Shown piece after piece: positions 44,432 through 58,420 of a stretch of 64,000 nt of DNA; the first letter of the stretch is position 1; each line of letters begins with the position of its first letter. Origin of the DNA: Octopus vulgaris. Lineage: Eukaryota. The stretch covers positions 18,662,001 through 18,726,000 of the forward strand of contig OX597841.1 in the NCBI GenBank assembly GCA_951406725.2, read 5' to 3'. Below the pieces are notes generated by a model, which was given only the letters and a program-made list of their open reading frames with translations, did not search any database and was not told the DNA's origin. The position numbers and the translations under genes were made by a program.

Positions 44432-44654
44432 GCATGCACATGCATAGATTCATTGCTCCTTTCTCTCTCTTTGCCACACTTTCTTCCCTGCCTCCTTCTT
44501 TCCCTCTCTCTATCACCTTCCCCATCTTTTACTCCTCTTCCCTTTCTCTTCTTCTTCTTCTTCTTCTTCTTCTTCATCTTCTTCTTCTTCTTCTTCTTCT
44601 TCGTCATCTTCTTCTTCTTCTTTTTCTTCTTCTTCTTCTTCTTCGTCATCATCA

Positions 44655-44686
<32 letters not shown>

Positions 44687-44775
44687 TTCTTCTTTCCTGC
44701 TTTCTTGTAAAAATAACAACAACAAAACACATAATATAAAAAAACATCGACACGGTAAACATTCGGGCATCCCGC

Positions 44776-45080
44776 TCATAAAACGATCGTCGTTGTCTGT
44801 ATGCCAACATTGTCTTGGTAATTGTCACCGTCCACCTTGTCCTCCAGGCCTGGTATGATTCGCACCATGTCGTCGACGTGTGAGTTGCGCAGCAGATAGA
44901 GTGAGATGCCGAACACAGCTGCCATTTCGGCAGTGATGAATGAGACTCCGGCAAAGAAGAACGACCAGCCATAGAAGTAGGCAAACTTGGGACCTTGAAC
45001 CCCAATGATCTTAGCCCGATGTCCCACCTCATCGTTGACAGCTGATATGTAGAGGATGATGCCAACTGACAAAGCCAGAC
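44776..45080 (-). CDS. CACNG5/7-like: Terminal coding exon of a stargazin/TARP-family (voltage-dependent calcium channel gamma subunit, CACNG5/7-like) protein: TM3, extracellular loop 2, TM4 and a short C-tail
   Basis: Acceptor ...gtctcttcttcAG (AG at 45082-45081), phase 1. Reads GLALSVGIILYISAVNDEVGHRAK...FAYFYGWSFFFAGVSFITAEMAAVFGISLYLLRN...TTTIVL* with TGA at 44778-44776. YIS-x-NDE, YGWSF and AEM match the TARP last-exon pattern from memory of vertebrate CACNG2/5/7. Confidence 0.92.
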
Positions 45081-45084
45081 CTGA

Positions 45085-47292
<2,208 letters not shown>

Positions 47293-50100
47293 GTTTCTTT
47301 ATTGGTTACCAGGACCGAACACAACACCTATCTCAGGTAGACACTCCTCTCCACTCCTCTCCACACAGCCCCATTCGGCCTCCAGGTGCACATTTAGAGT
47401 CGGCCCATTCACACAAATCCATCCTTGCTACAATCATCCACCTTTCAAGAAACTTACTATCTGATGGCACCTCCACCTCCAATCTCACCTTCCTTTTCAG
47501 GTAGAACCTGAAAAAATCAATTAGGCCTTGGCCAAAGAGGAAGGTACCCGTTCTCAACCCTTTCAATCACGTCCACCGTATAACTTTTGTTGTCATAGCT
47601 ACCAGAGAAAGACTGCCTTTTCTTCCCAGCAAAAGGAAGGTGATGGGACAATCTTCCCGATGGACTTGGACGGTAGCCGGATCTGTCCTACAGATGACAA
47701 ATCAGCATGGAACACACACTGTACTTGTGCATACAGAACGGTTTCGTCGCTCTGAATGCACCCCAGACAAGACCGTCTCCCTGCACATCCATGCCTGTGG
47801 AGCTTATCATGAACCAACAATGCCCTCTGGTAGCACTGCCAGGTCAGAGATTTCTGAAAATTATCCCTAGGCCCTGCACCGAAAATCCTCTGGAAGAAAC
47901 CAGCCAGATGATCCTTCTCTGAGATCCTCATCACGCTTGCCCTCCACTAATCCCCTATAGAAATCCAACTTCCACCGACCACATTGCCCGACTGGCTGAG
48001 GGTTGTGAGTGCTTGGAGACACTCTAGGTGCCAAGTCTACACCTGATGCAGGGCCTCAGCTCCGTCAAGGAGACAAGCTGCAGAAAAGCGTATCTAACAA
48101 ATGGCGACCACACCTACTCACCGTTAAGGCATTGCTGGAGAAGTCGCAACCTTAGTGTATGTCTGCACATCATCAGCTACGGCATGCCCAGTCCTCCCCA
48201 CAACGGGTGCTGACAGCAAATGGACCATCTGACGAGCAGTACCCTTCCCTTCCACAAGAAGCAGAGGAGCAAGGACACTGGCCTGTTTAGCCATGGAGTG
48301 GAACAAGGGACAACAATCAGGCGGTGGTACATGACGGATGTGATGTATGCATTTGCTACCTCCACCCGACCTTTTAGGAACAGCTTCCTCTCAGCCCATT
48401 TCTGGGTGAGACTGGCCACCTTGTCTGTCACCTCTCCCCAGCTATTGTCGACTTGGAGCTCTGGACCAAACCAGATCCCAAGCAACTTAAGTCTAGTGCC
48501 CCACAATACTGTCAGTCAGCAAGGATTTGCCTCTCCAGGTGCCGAGTTGCAGGTCCACCGATTTCTCCTGGTTTATCATTGCTCCTGTCACTGCTTTGTA
48601 TTCCCTTCTCATAGTGCCAACCATCTCTATTTCAGAGACATCCGACACTATCATGGTGACATTGTCTGCTTCTGCTGACACATCTCTTCCGCATCCAGCT
48701 TTCGTAGTAATGGCTCGAGTGCCAGTATATAGAGAAGGAGTGAGAGTGGGTACCCTTGATGGACTGAACGGTCGATGCTAAATTGATTCCGACAGGCGGC
48801 CATTTACTATGACCACCAAACAGATGTCGCTGTACATTGCAGTGATCAAGCCTCTGAAAACAGGACCGAAGCCAGCCACCATAAGGACCGCCTCCAAGTA
48901 CCAATGGTTGACCTTATTGCAAGCTTTCGACAGATCCAAATTGATCAGAGTCCCACCCATGCCAGGTTCTTTACCAACCCTCTCTATGATGTATCGCATA
49001 AGAGATGGAGGTTGTCATGGATAGATCTGTTGGGGATATAGCAAGTCTGCGCATCACCCACCAGTCTGGCCACAACAAGAGCCCACCTCTTTGCTAACAC
49101 CTTGGCGAAATTTTTGTAATCTGCATTTAGCAGAGTTATAGGCCTAAAGTTATCAAAAATGTCCCCCTTGTTTGGATCCTTTTTCAGTAGCGTCACCCCA
49201 CCTTGGGTCACAGATCTGGAGATTCTCCCATTCTGCTGCCAGTTGCGGTAGACATCTTGCAAAATCTCACCAAACAAGTCGAGCATATGAATATAAATTT
49301 CGAAGGGAAAACCATCCAATCCCGGAGACTTCTCCTTCCTGCAAGTCTCCAGTGCATCTCTCGTATATCTTCCGCTGTTATTGGAATTTCGCATAATTCC
49401 ACATCCTTGGCCAAGAGCTGCAGCAGTCCATCGAGGTAGGAGGTGGAGTTCAACCCCGCCTCCGAACCACTGTGCGCCTCGTATAGTTCAGCAAAGTGCC
49501 GCTGAAATTCCGTACAAATCTGCTTGGAATCATGTAACAAGCACTCGTCCCAACCCATCAAACACCAAATTGTAGTTTTAGGGCCATGTTGCTCCTCGGC
49601 CACCCGGGCCCATCGAATGGTTTTCATTCCCTCGTATCGTAAAGCACTTACCTTAGCTCTGACAATGCAACCTTCATGCTTGGTGTTGAAGAATTGGTTC
49701 AGAACCAATCTCGCCACCAGCACGTCAGTCGCTATGCCATTACTGAGTGACTCTTCTAATTTCCTAACGAGTTCTCCCGCTTCTCTAGTATTTTCTATCG
49801 CTAATTACCTGTTAAATCCTACCACTTCTACTCTAACCACCCATTTTAGGGCTGCCCACCATCGGTTATTGACGACTGCACACGTCAATTTTTAGTTATT
49901 AATCTGGTCTCTGAAAGCTTGGTATGCCGGGAAAGACGCGTTTAGCTTCCAGTATCCGGAGTCCTGCGTATGGGGCCTACCTAGGTCGACCATACAGATC
50001 ACAATTTTGTGGATCCATATAGTTGACAACTTAAAATTGTGGACAACCTATGCTATCCTTATCTGCTGGCCTACAATATACCATGTCTAGATAAGATCGA
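47293..50100 (-). mobile_element. Degenerate Tx1/L1-clade LINE ORF2 (end of APE domain, RT, C-terminal region) in the TARP intron
   Basis: GYWKLN, KSPGLDG, FRPITLLNADYK.FAKVLAKR, LDLSKA.NKV, ADNVT (YADD-like), KLLGIWF; 3' end AATAAAGAAAC followed by (ATT)n. Confidence 0.9.
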
Positions 50101-50199
50101 TTTCTGGTGGTATTTTACTTATATTTATTTGGATCACTCTCTGTCCCAGATAGATAGCAATTAAAGAGAACCCTTCCATTTTTAATGGGACAGTTGAAT

Positions 50200-50850
50200 G
50201 TTTATGTGTTAGTGATTCCCACTGGAATATGACCTTGATGTAACCAAACTTTGGGGCATGGCAGACAAAGCTGACATCTCCCCATATATTTTTCAGGCAC
50301 AGCTCGGCTTGCTCTGATGGTAATTTTTCTCAGTTTTCTTCTTTTCCTGGACAGACATGAGTTTTTCTATTCGGTTGCTTCCAGCAGGTTTTCATGCACA
50401 TTTAGTGTGGCCTTTCTTTCTTCATGTCTTATAATCCTTTCGGCTTTCTTTAAATGTTCTTTCTTATCCTTTGACGACATAATTTCAAACTTATTTGTAA
50501 CTTTTTTTAAAGGAAACGTTCTTTCTATTTGAATCTTCTCTTCCTTTGTTCAAAAGTTTACTGATTTGTGTGGTGGTGGTCATGGTGATATTTTCCTTGC
50601 ACAGTTGGTCGTTGCTGGTTATATTTCGTGCTTCCTTCATCGAATTCTCATTATTCCTCACACTTCCACTGTGGTTGTTGTTGTTGCCATTGCTGTTGCT
50701 ACTCCTCCTGCTACCACCACTATCCTTTACATCTACAGTGAGTGCGGACGAGTGCCGGCAAAAGACAATTTTCTGTTCTACATCTCCTCCCACTTCCCTC
50801 TCTTGTCGCCTCGCTGACAAAGACGACGACGCCATATTAAATTTTGCAAT
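50200..50850 (-). mobile_element. Possible ORF1/5' remnant of the adjacent Tx1/L1 element
   Basis: Same strand, directly upstream, starts ATGGCGTCG, basic low-complexity reading frame with stops; no diagnostic motif. Confidence 0.3.
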
Positions 50851-51226
50851 GTTTGAAAGGAAAATTAATTTTCTTTTCGAGTGACTTTTGCCCTGCAGGG
50901 CAGAAAAAGGTAACACTGTTAATCAGACCAATATGGTTTAGATTAACTTAGTCGCAAGTTACAAGAATAAAATCTAAGAATAACAATCTTTTCAGAGGTA
51001 AGCAAGGCACATACACTCATGGAGCTCCGAAATAAATGTCCAGCTCTGGCAACAATAATAATAATAGTAGTGGTGGTGGTGGTGGTGGTGGTGGTGATGT
51101 TGATGATGATGATGATGATGATGATGTTGATGATGTTGATGATGATGATGATGATGAAGATGTTGATGATGATGATGATGATGAAGATGATGATGAAAAT
51201 GATGATGAAGATGATGATGATAATAA

Positions 51227-51422
51227 CAAACCTTATTCAGGGACCTTTTGATTGGGATGGGCTACTCAACCTGAAGAAAATTCTAACTGGGCTCCATCTG
51301 CAAGGTCATGCACTGTTAATCTTGATATGAGATCACCATGTCGTGTCCATATGGTTGTGATGCATGTGCCTGGTGTACCCTTATCAGACGGGTAGTCATG
51401 ATGGGTATACTGGGCTTCATAC
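51227..51422 (+). mobile_element. Internal fragment of the 541-bp element
   Basis: Matches ~33370-33565. Confidence 0.8.
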
Positions 51423-51454
51423 CTTTGCACATGCCATACCCATTATAATAAACT

Positions 51455-51685
51455 TCAAGCTGGCAGAAACGTTAGCATGCCAGGCGAAATGCGTAGCCGT
51501 ATTTCGTCTGCCGTTAGATTCTGAGTTCAAATTCCGCCGAGGTCGACTTTGCCTTTCATTCTTTCAGGGTCGATAAATTAAGTACCAGTTACGCACTCGG
51601 GTCGATGTAATTGACTTAATCCGTTTGTCTGTCCTTGTTTATGCCCTCTGTGTTTAGCCCCTTGTGGGTGGGTAGTAAAGAAATA
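51455..51685 (+). mobile_element. SINE family A, long-tail copy
   Basis: Head, core and ...GTAGTAAAGAAATA tail. Confidence 0.85.
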
Positions 51686-51730
51686 AATAAACTTCTACTG
51701 CTTTAGAGTTCTATATTTAAGAGATGAAGA

Positions 51731-51868
51731 ATTATTTACATTTGACGGATATTTGTCCTCATCTTGTTTGTTGTTAACACAACATTTTGGCTGATACACC
51801 CTCCAGCCTTCATCAGGTGTCTTGGGGAAATGTCAAACCTGGGTTCTCATTCCTAAGGTATTTTTTTA

Positions 51869-51903
<35 letters not shown>

Positions 51904-52209
51904 TCACTGCCTGGAATCAAACTCGGAATCTTGGGGTTAGTAGCTCGCGCTCTGAACCACTACGCCATACGCCCACGGGCATATGATGTAGTGGTTAAGA
52001 GCATGGGCTACTAACCCAAAGATTCTGAGTTTGATTCCAGGCAGTGACCTGAATAATAATAATAATAACATTGAAAACTACTTTAGGAATGAGAACACAG
52101 GTTCGAAATTTCCCCAAGACACCTGATGAAGGCTGGAGGGTGTATCAGCCGAAACGTTGTTAACAAAAAAACAAGATGAGGACAAATATATCTGTCAAAT
52201 GTAAATAAT
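51731..52209. mobile_element. Head-to-head palindrome; each arm is a tRNA-derived head + (AAT)n + hammerhead-ribozyme module
   Basis: Centre GCCC-AC-GGGC at 51971-51980; A box TGGCGTAGTGG and B box GAGTTTGATTCC; hammerhead motifs at 52118-52161 (+) and 51776-51821 (-). Confidence 0.8.
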
Positions 52210-52445
52210 GTTAACTGCCTTGTTGTGTAATTCACTGAGTATTTATAAAAGGGCTAAGAGAGTAAGCCCCTACTGAAAATATGAGTGTAGGGACCCTAAG
52301 ACAGATATATGTGGCCATACATAACCAATATCTGGTATAGCCTGTAGCTGCCTGAATGTTGCGAATTTATTAACTTGGGGTTAAGAGTACGTGGAGCGAG
52401 GCACTTCTGAAAATAACCCAGACCCAGCAGAGATGGTTAACAAAA

Positions 52446-52832
52446 GGCGCAGGAGTGGCTGTGCGGTAAGTAGCTTGCTAACCAACCACATGGTTCCGGG
52501 TTCAGTTCCACTGGGTGGCATCTTGGGCAAGTGTCTTCTGTTATAGCCCCGGGCCGACCAATGCCTTGTGAGTGGATTTGGTAGATGGAAACTAAAAGAA
52601 GCCCGTCGTATATATATATATATATATGTGTGTTTGTGTGTCTGTGTTTGTCCCCCTATCATTGCTTGACAACCGATGCTGGTGTGTTTACGTCCCTGTC
52701 ACTCAGCAGTTCGGCAAAAAGAGACCAATAGAATAAGTACTGGGCTTACAAAAGAATAAGTCCTGGGGTCGATTTGCTCGTCTAAAGGCGGTGCTCCAGC
52801 ATGGCCGCAGTCAAATGACTGAAACAAGTAAA
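52446..52832 (+). mobile_element. SINE family B, full length
   Basis: Matches the 8482 copy. Confidence 0.88.
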
Positions 52833-52852
52833 TGAAAAAAAAACCTCGTTAG

Positions 52853-53030
52853 TATGAGGGAATGCGGAAAAGTTCTTGTCTTTAAGGGTATCGTGAAGGG
52901 CCTAGCTGGAGGCCCAACCTTCTAAGTTCTTCTACAGGGCTTAGAAAAACTGAAGGACTAATGCAATATGTGTGTGAATCTGAGAGGGGAATATGTTGAA
53001 TAAAATCATAATTAACGGACCCCCCTTGTT
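52853..53030 (+). mobile_element. Mariner deletion derivative
   Basis: TA-TGAGGG start; encodes mariner C-terminus QGLEKLKD*CNMCVNLRGEYVE*. Confidence 0.65.
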
Positions 53031-53296
53031 ATATCGCCCCCAGTGCGAAACTGGTACTTTTATTTATCGACCCCGAAGGGATAAAAGGCAAAGTTGACTT
53101 CGGCAGAATTTGAACTCAGAACGTAACGACAGACGAAATAGCGCTAAGCATTTCGCCCAGCGTGCTAACTTGTCTGCCAGCTCGCCGCCATCTAGATATA
53201 CATCCATATTTATATACATGTTTGTATATATGCATGTACGGTGGTGCCCCAGCATGGCCGCGGCCTTCGAGCTATAACATTTTTAAGGATTTAAGG

Positions 53297-53328
<32 letters not shown>

Positions 53329-53637
53329 ATATATATATATATATATAAATTTTCTAAAAAAATATCGTTGGCCCAGTGCGTTAACAGGGAATTTATAAAC
53401 AATTTGACCTTGATTGATAATCCCTCACTGATTGATTGATTGATTGGCAGATCGATTGATAGATTATTTAGACAGGCAGGCAGGCAGGTAGACAGACAAA
53501 CAGATAGAAAGATAGATAGATATGTGTATGCATGTATAAAGTATAAAAGAAGAGAACAAAATGAAGGAAGAAGACGCATGATGTGGAGGGAGGAGAGAGA
53601 AGAGAATAAAAAATTAAAAGAGACAGAACTACTTTAC

Positions 53638-53772
53638 CTGAGAAAACATAGATGATTGCCCCTATCAACGTTTTCACATCCGCTTTTATGTTACCAATGA
53701 CGCTGGTGATGGCTGCAATGACTATCATGAGAAGAGCAACCACTGGGTAAGGGGCAGACAGTCGGATGGCTC
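53638..53772 (-). CDS. CACNG5/7-like: Penultimate coding exon (135 nt, phase 1-1) of the same TARP/CACNG gene: TM2 and start of TM3
   Basis: Acceptor ttcattacAG (53774-53773) and donor GTAAAGT (53637-53631). Reads (x)AIRLSAPYPVVALLMIVIAAITSVIGNIKADVKTLIGAIIYVFS(G) and splices in frame to the 45080 exon. Corresponds to the RAVRASSIFP...IFFVSAG exon of vertebrate TARPs. Confidence 0.9.
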
Positions 53773-53849
53773 CTGTAATGAAATTTCAGAAAATAGTCGA
53801 AGGGTCAAATGTGAGACAATCAGTTAAGTATATGCTTGGTGTGGCATGT

Positions 53850-54710
53850 ACATTTGGCCGTTATTCCTACATAAAAGCATTGGAGCTGGTGCCACGTAAA
53901 ATATACTGGGGCTGGTGCCATGTAAGAAACACTGGTGATATAGAGTCAAGTAAAAAGCACTGGTGATGGTGCCACATAGAAAAACACTGAAGAGGGTGCC
54001 ACATAAAAAAGCACTGGTGATGGTGCCACATAAAAAAGCACTAGTAATGGTGCCACAGAAAAAAAAACTGAAAAAAAAACAATACCAGAGGGCGCACACT
54101 CTCCTATCCTGATGTAATCTCCAGGGATACAGGCATCCAGCAACAGGACCTCCGTAATGCCATGATGGACCGTGAAGTCTGGCGTAGCAGGGTAAATTCC
54201 ATTGTCTCGACCACGGTCGAACAATGATGATGATGATCCCACATAAAATACACTGAAGAGGGTTCCACATAAAAAATCACTGGTGGTGGTCTCACATAAA
54301 AAACTTTGATGATGGTGCCACATAAAAAGTACTAGTAATGGTGCCACAGAAAATACACTGTTGCAGGTGCCACATAAAAAACCACTGGTGATGGTGCCAC
54401 ATAAAAAGCATTGGTGATGGTGCCACATAAAAAAGTACCATGCTTGTGTCATGTAAAACCACCGGCACTGGTGCCTCGTAAAAAGCACAGGTAAAAAACA
54501 TTGGTGCTGGTACCATGTAAAAGCACAAGTGATGGTACCCCATAAAACGCCCCCAGTCTGCTCTGTAAAGTAGCAGGCATTTGGAAGGGTAGCTGATTGT
54601 AGAAATTATGCCAGGACAGACAGTGGATCCGGACGCAATTCCTGGCCTTACTAACCCATGTCAAACTGTCCAACCCGTGCTAGCATGGAAAACAGATATA
54701 AAACGATGCT
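53850..54710 (+). mobile_element. RTE-a 3' UTR with a 27-bp minisatellite, interrupted by an RTE-b tail (54082-54237)
   Basis: Unit TGGTGCCACATAAAAAAGCACTGGTGA; RTE-a terminus at 54540-54710. Confidence 0.75.
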
Positions 54711-54714
54711 TCCT

Positions 54715-55151
54715 CAAAATCATTTGCTTAATTGCTAAACCTTAATTTAAATTTGTCAGCTCAAACGAAGCGTGAACAAAGCGTAGCATTGAAAATGGCT
54801 GGTATAAAGAATTGGGAGGTGAGAAAAGATCAAAGGCTATGCTGGAAGCAAAAGGTGATCATCTTGAATTATGATTACAGGTAAGATAGTCCTTTCTACT
54901 ATAGGTACAAGGCCTGAAACTTTTGGTGGAGGGGGAAAGAGAACATGTCAATTACATGGCCCCAGTGTGCAATGGATACTTATTTTCTTGACCCCTTCCT
55001 CCCAAAAGGGATAAAAGGACAAGCTGACTCCAGCAGAATTTGAACTCAGAACAACGTTAAACATTTTAGCTAATGCGCTGTTGGTTCTGCCAGCTTGCCA
55101 TCTTGGCTATATATGTAAAATATTGTTAATTAATATAACGATCACCCTGTA
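54715..55151 (+). mobile_element. Tc1-like transposon right end, interrupted by SINE A (54890-55105)
   Basis: KAMLEAKGDHLEL* at 54833-54874; terminus ...ATCACCCTG|TA. Confidence 0.55.
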
Positions 55152-55519
55152 AACTTTCATTAACTAAAACCAAAAACATTTTGATTTATGATAAAATGAT
55201 TAACGTTATGTAACAATATTTTGGGGGTTGGGAAATATTATTCCCTGTTTACTTCTGTCTAGAAATCAAAGGAAATGACTTCTCTTCCCTTCACACTTTG
55301 CTTTTCTGACCTGGACATCAATGTTTTGAAACTGACCTATTTTGAAATAGATCACTGAGTTGCTGAAGCAGAATTTTTAAATACTCTCTAGAAGTTTCAA
55401 GAACTTTCGAAAAGTTTCGAAAAGTTTCAAGAATTTCAAGAACACTCTGGCAACATATACGGCAGAATAAATACAGGTTTGGTTTACTTCTAGGAGTCCA
55501 AGTGGAGATATGTTTGACG

Positions 55520-56040
55520 AAAGCAAAGTTTGAAAGAAATGTGCTTGAGGAGACCGATTGAGCCAAGTACATCAACATCAACATAAAAAAAAATCAAATG
55601 GAAATTGTAGTTGTGATCCCTGTGCCGGCGGCACGTAAAAAGCATCATCCGAACGTGGCCGATGCCAGCGCCACCTTGACTGGCTTCCGTGCCGGTGGCA
55701 AGTAAAAAGCACCATTCGAACAGGGCCGATGTCAGCGCCGCCTTGACTGGCTTCCATGCCGGTGGCACGTAAAAAGTACCAACCGATCGTGGCCACTGCC
55801 TGCCTTGCCTGGCACCTGTGCTGGTGGCACATAAAAAACACCCACTACACTCTCGGAGTGGTTGGCGTTAGGAAGGGCATCCAGCTGTAGAAACTCTGCC
55901 AGATCAGGCTGGAGCCTGGTGCAGCCTTCTGGCTTCCCAGATCCCTGGTCGAACCGTCCATCCCATGCTAGCATGGAAAACGGACGTTTAACGATGATGA
56001 TGATGATAATGATGATGATGATGATGACGGTGATGATGAC
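55520..56040 (+). mobile_element. RTE-a 3' UTR with (GAT)n tail
   Basis: Matches the 25800-26575 copy. Confidence 0.85.
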
Positions 56041-56865
56041 ACTAAGTTAGATTAGTATGCTGTGTCCAGAGTTTCTTCTGCAGAGTTTGTCAGATCCAAT
56101 ATTCACACGTTTAGGTAGGCAAACACTAACTCACTAACAGTTGGAACAGATTATTGGGGTGAGGCTAACGCTGCATATAAAAAGCTACCAGTTCTTAAAG
56201 TGGTGACAGTTGGGTTCCACCAATCAGAGACCAAAGGAGACAAACCACCCTTCAAAAGTGACCTGCTCTCCTGTCAAAAGTGCTATCCTTCCTTGACACA
56301 TCTTTGTGGAGTGCAGAAAGCCAGATGAGGCAACTAAGAGATCTTGGTCTTCAACTGCATCCGTCTCCATCCCTGGTCTTCTTCACCTGATCTTGCCATT
56401 CAATTGAAGATCGTTACAGGTGAGAGGTTACAGGTAAGAGGTTACAAGTGAGAGGTTACAGGTGAGAGATTACAGATGAGAGGATGGAGTTGATGGTGTG
56501 CATCTCTTCTTCACTTTAAACAAAGTCGCCTCAAAAGTCATCAATCATCCATTAGGGATAACTCGAACCCGTTTATTTCCCCAACCAACAAATATGATGT
56601 ATATGTGTATGTATGTGTATTTGTGTATATAGGTGGGTGTATGTATGTGTGTGTGTGCTTGTAAAAGGGTAAAAAGGGTGAAGATCCCTTCTGTCATAAA
56701 TGACCATGGCATTGCCCCTAGAAAGTTCCCCCTCCAAGGCACAAGTGCAGGCAAGATTATTTATGGAAGACCTGCAGTATTTTTATTAGTTCCTATTTAG
56801 TGAAATTTAAGTTTATATTAGTTACTGGTAATTTAATATTATAGGTTGTAGTGGTGAAATATTTC

Positions 56866-58420
56866 GGATCTTTTCGCTTTGACTGGCAGATTTTAAAAAT
56901 AATTTCTTTGTAACTCAACACTTTTAAACTTCGTATAGTGGTAGAATGTGTCACATAAAACATCTTTTTCTCTTGGCGTTCTTGAGAAAATTCTGTAGTT
57001 TGTAAGCTATTTCTTGTTTAATTTCTTGCATTTCGGCAATTTCAACCAATCAATGACGTCTACTGAGGTGAATACAATTACTGCTGTTGTTTGTAACAAC
57101 AACTTCCGGCGGTACGTGTATTTGTTTACATTTGAAGATCGTCACTTGCCGTAAAATTTTTATTTTTTTAAATATGTGGGGTTAGGGTTAGGGGTGGGGG
57201 GAAGGGCATCTTTTTTTCTTCAGTAATGTAAATAAGCTGCAAATATAAATATTTTGTGGCCATAAACTGAGGGGTCACTCGTAAACAGAGCTGGATAACA
57301 AAACTGTTCCCTCATTTAGTGTTCACCCATAATTATGACCCTAGTATCGATCTCGAAATAGACACCGCTGGAAGTTGTTGTTGAATTTGTTGGCAAACAT
57401 CAGCAGTAATTGTATTCACCTCATTAGACGTCATTGATTGGTTGAAATTGCTGAAATACAATAAATTAAACAAGAAATAGCTTATAAACTACAGAATTTT
57501 CTCAAGAAAACCAAGAGAAAAAGATGTTGGATCTTTTCTTTTTGAACGGCAGTATTCAACACAATTTCTAGTTAACTTAACACTTTTGAACTTCGTATAC
57601 TGGTAGAATGTGTTTATAAAACATCATTTTTTTCTTGGCTTTATTGAGAAAATTCAATAGTTTGTAAGATATTTCCACTTTAAAATCGAGCATTTCAGCA
57701 ATTTTAACCAATCGCTGACCTCCATTTGGGTAAACAACATTCCGTGCTGTATGAATATGTCCCTCCTTTAAGAAACAGATTGGGTTTATTTACATTTGCG
57801 AAGAAAAAAAAATACCCTTCCCCCACCCCTAACCCTAACCCTAACTCTAACTAACCCTAACCCTAAAACAGATTGAAATGCAATAGATCGATACTAGGGT
57901 TATAATTATGGGTGACAATTTCATACGACACCGCTACGGAAAATGGGATTTTTTTCTAGCGGTGTCAAATGAAAATGTCACCCATAATTATAACCCTAGT
58001 ATCGATCTATTGCATTTCAATCTGTTTTAGATTTAGGGTTAGTTAGAGTTAGGGGTGGAGGAAGGGTAGCTTTTTTTCTTCGCAAATATAAATAAACCCA
58101 TTCTGTTTCTTAAAGGAGGGACATATTCATACAGCACGGAATGTTGTTTACCTAAATGGAGGTCAACGATTGGTTAAAATTGCCAAAATGCTCGATTTTA
58201 AAGTGGAAATATCTTACAAACTATAGAATTTTCTCAATAAAACCAAGAAAAAATGATGTTTTATAAACAAAACTACAGAATTTTCTAAACAAACTACAGA
58301 ATTTTCTCGATAAAGCCAAGGGAAAAAGATGTTTTATGTTTCTACCAGTATACGAAGTTTAAAAGTGTTTAGTTACAAAGAAATTAATTTAAAAATCTGC
58401 CGGTCAAAGTGAAAAGATCC
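56866..58420. mobile_element. Nested long-TIR foldback elements carrying (TAACCC)n repeats
   Basis: Outer ends GGATCTTTTCGCTTTGACTGGCAG / CTGCCGGTCAAAGTGAAAAGATCC; related inner copy starts at 57529 and is a ~330-bp-arm palindrome centred near 57945. Confidence 0.85.

Noticed and set aside
51901-52050. Two tRNA genes
   Set aside because: Acceptor and anticodon stems do not pair properly and there is no oligo-T terminator; these are tRNA-derived element heads
56135-56170. 36-nt minus-strand mini-exon candidate (tgcAG ... GTGAGT)
   Set aside because: TAA in the required phase-1 frame
57827-57866. Telomere or chromosome-fusion scar
   Set aside because: Only a few degenerate units, mirrored in both arms of a transposon
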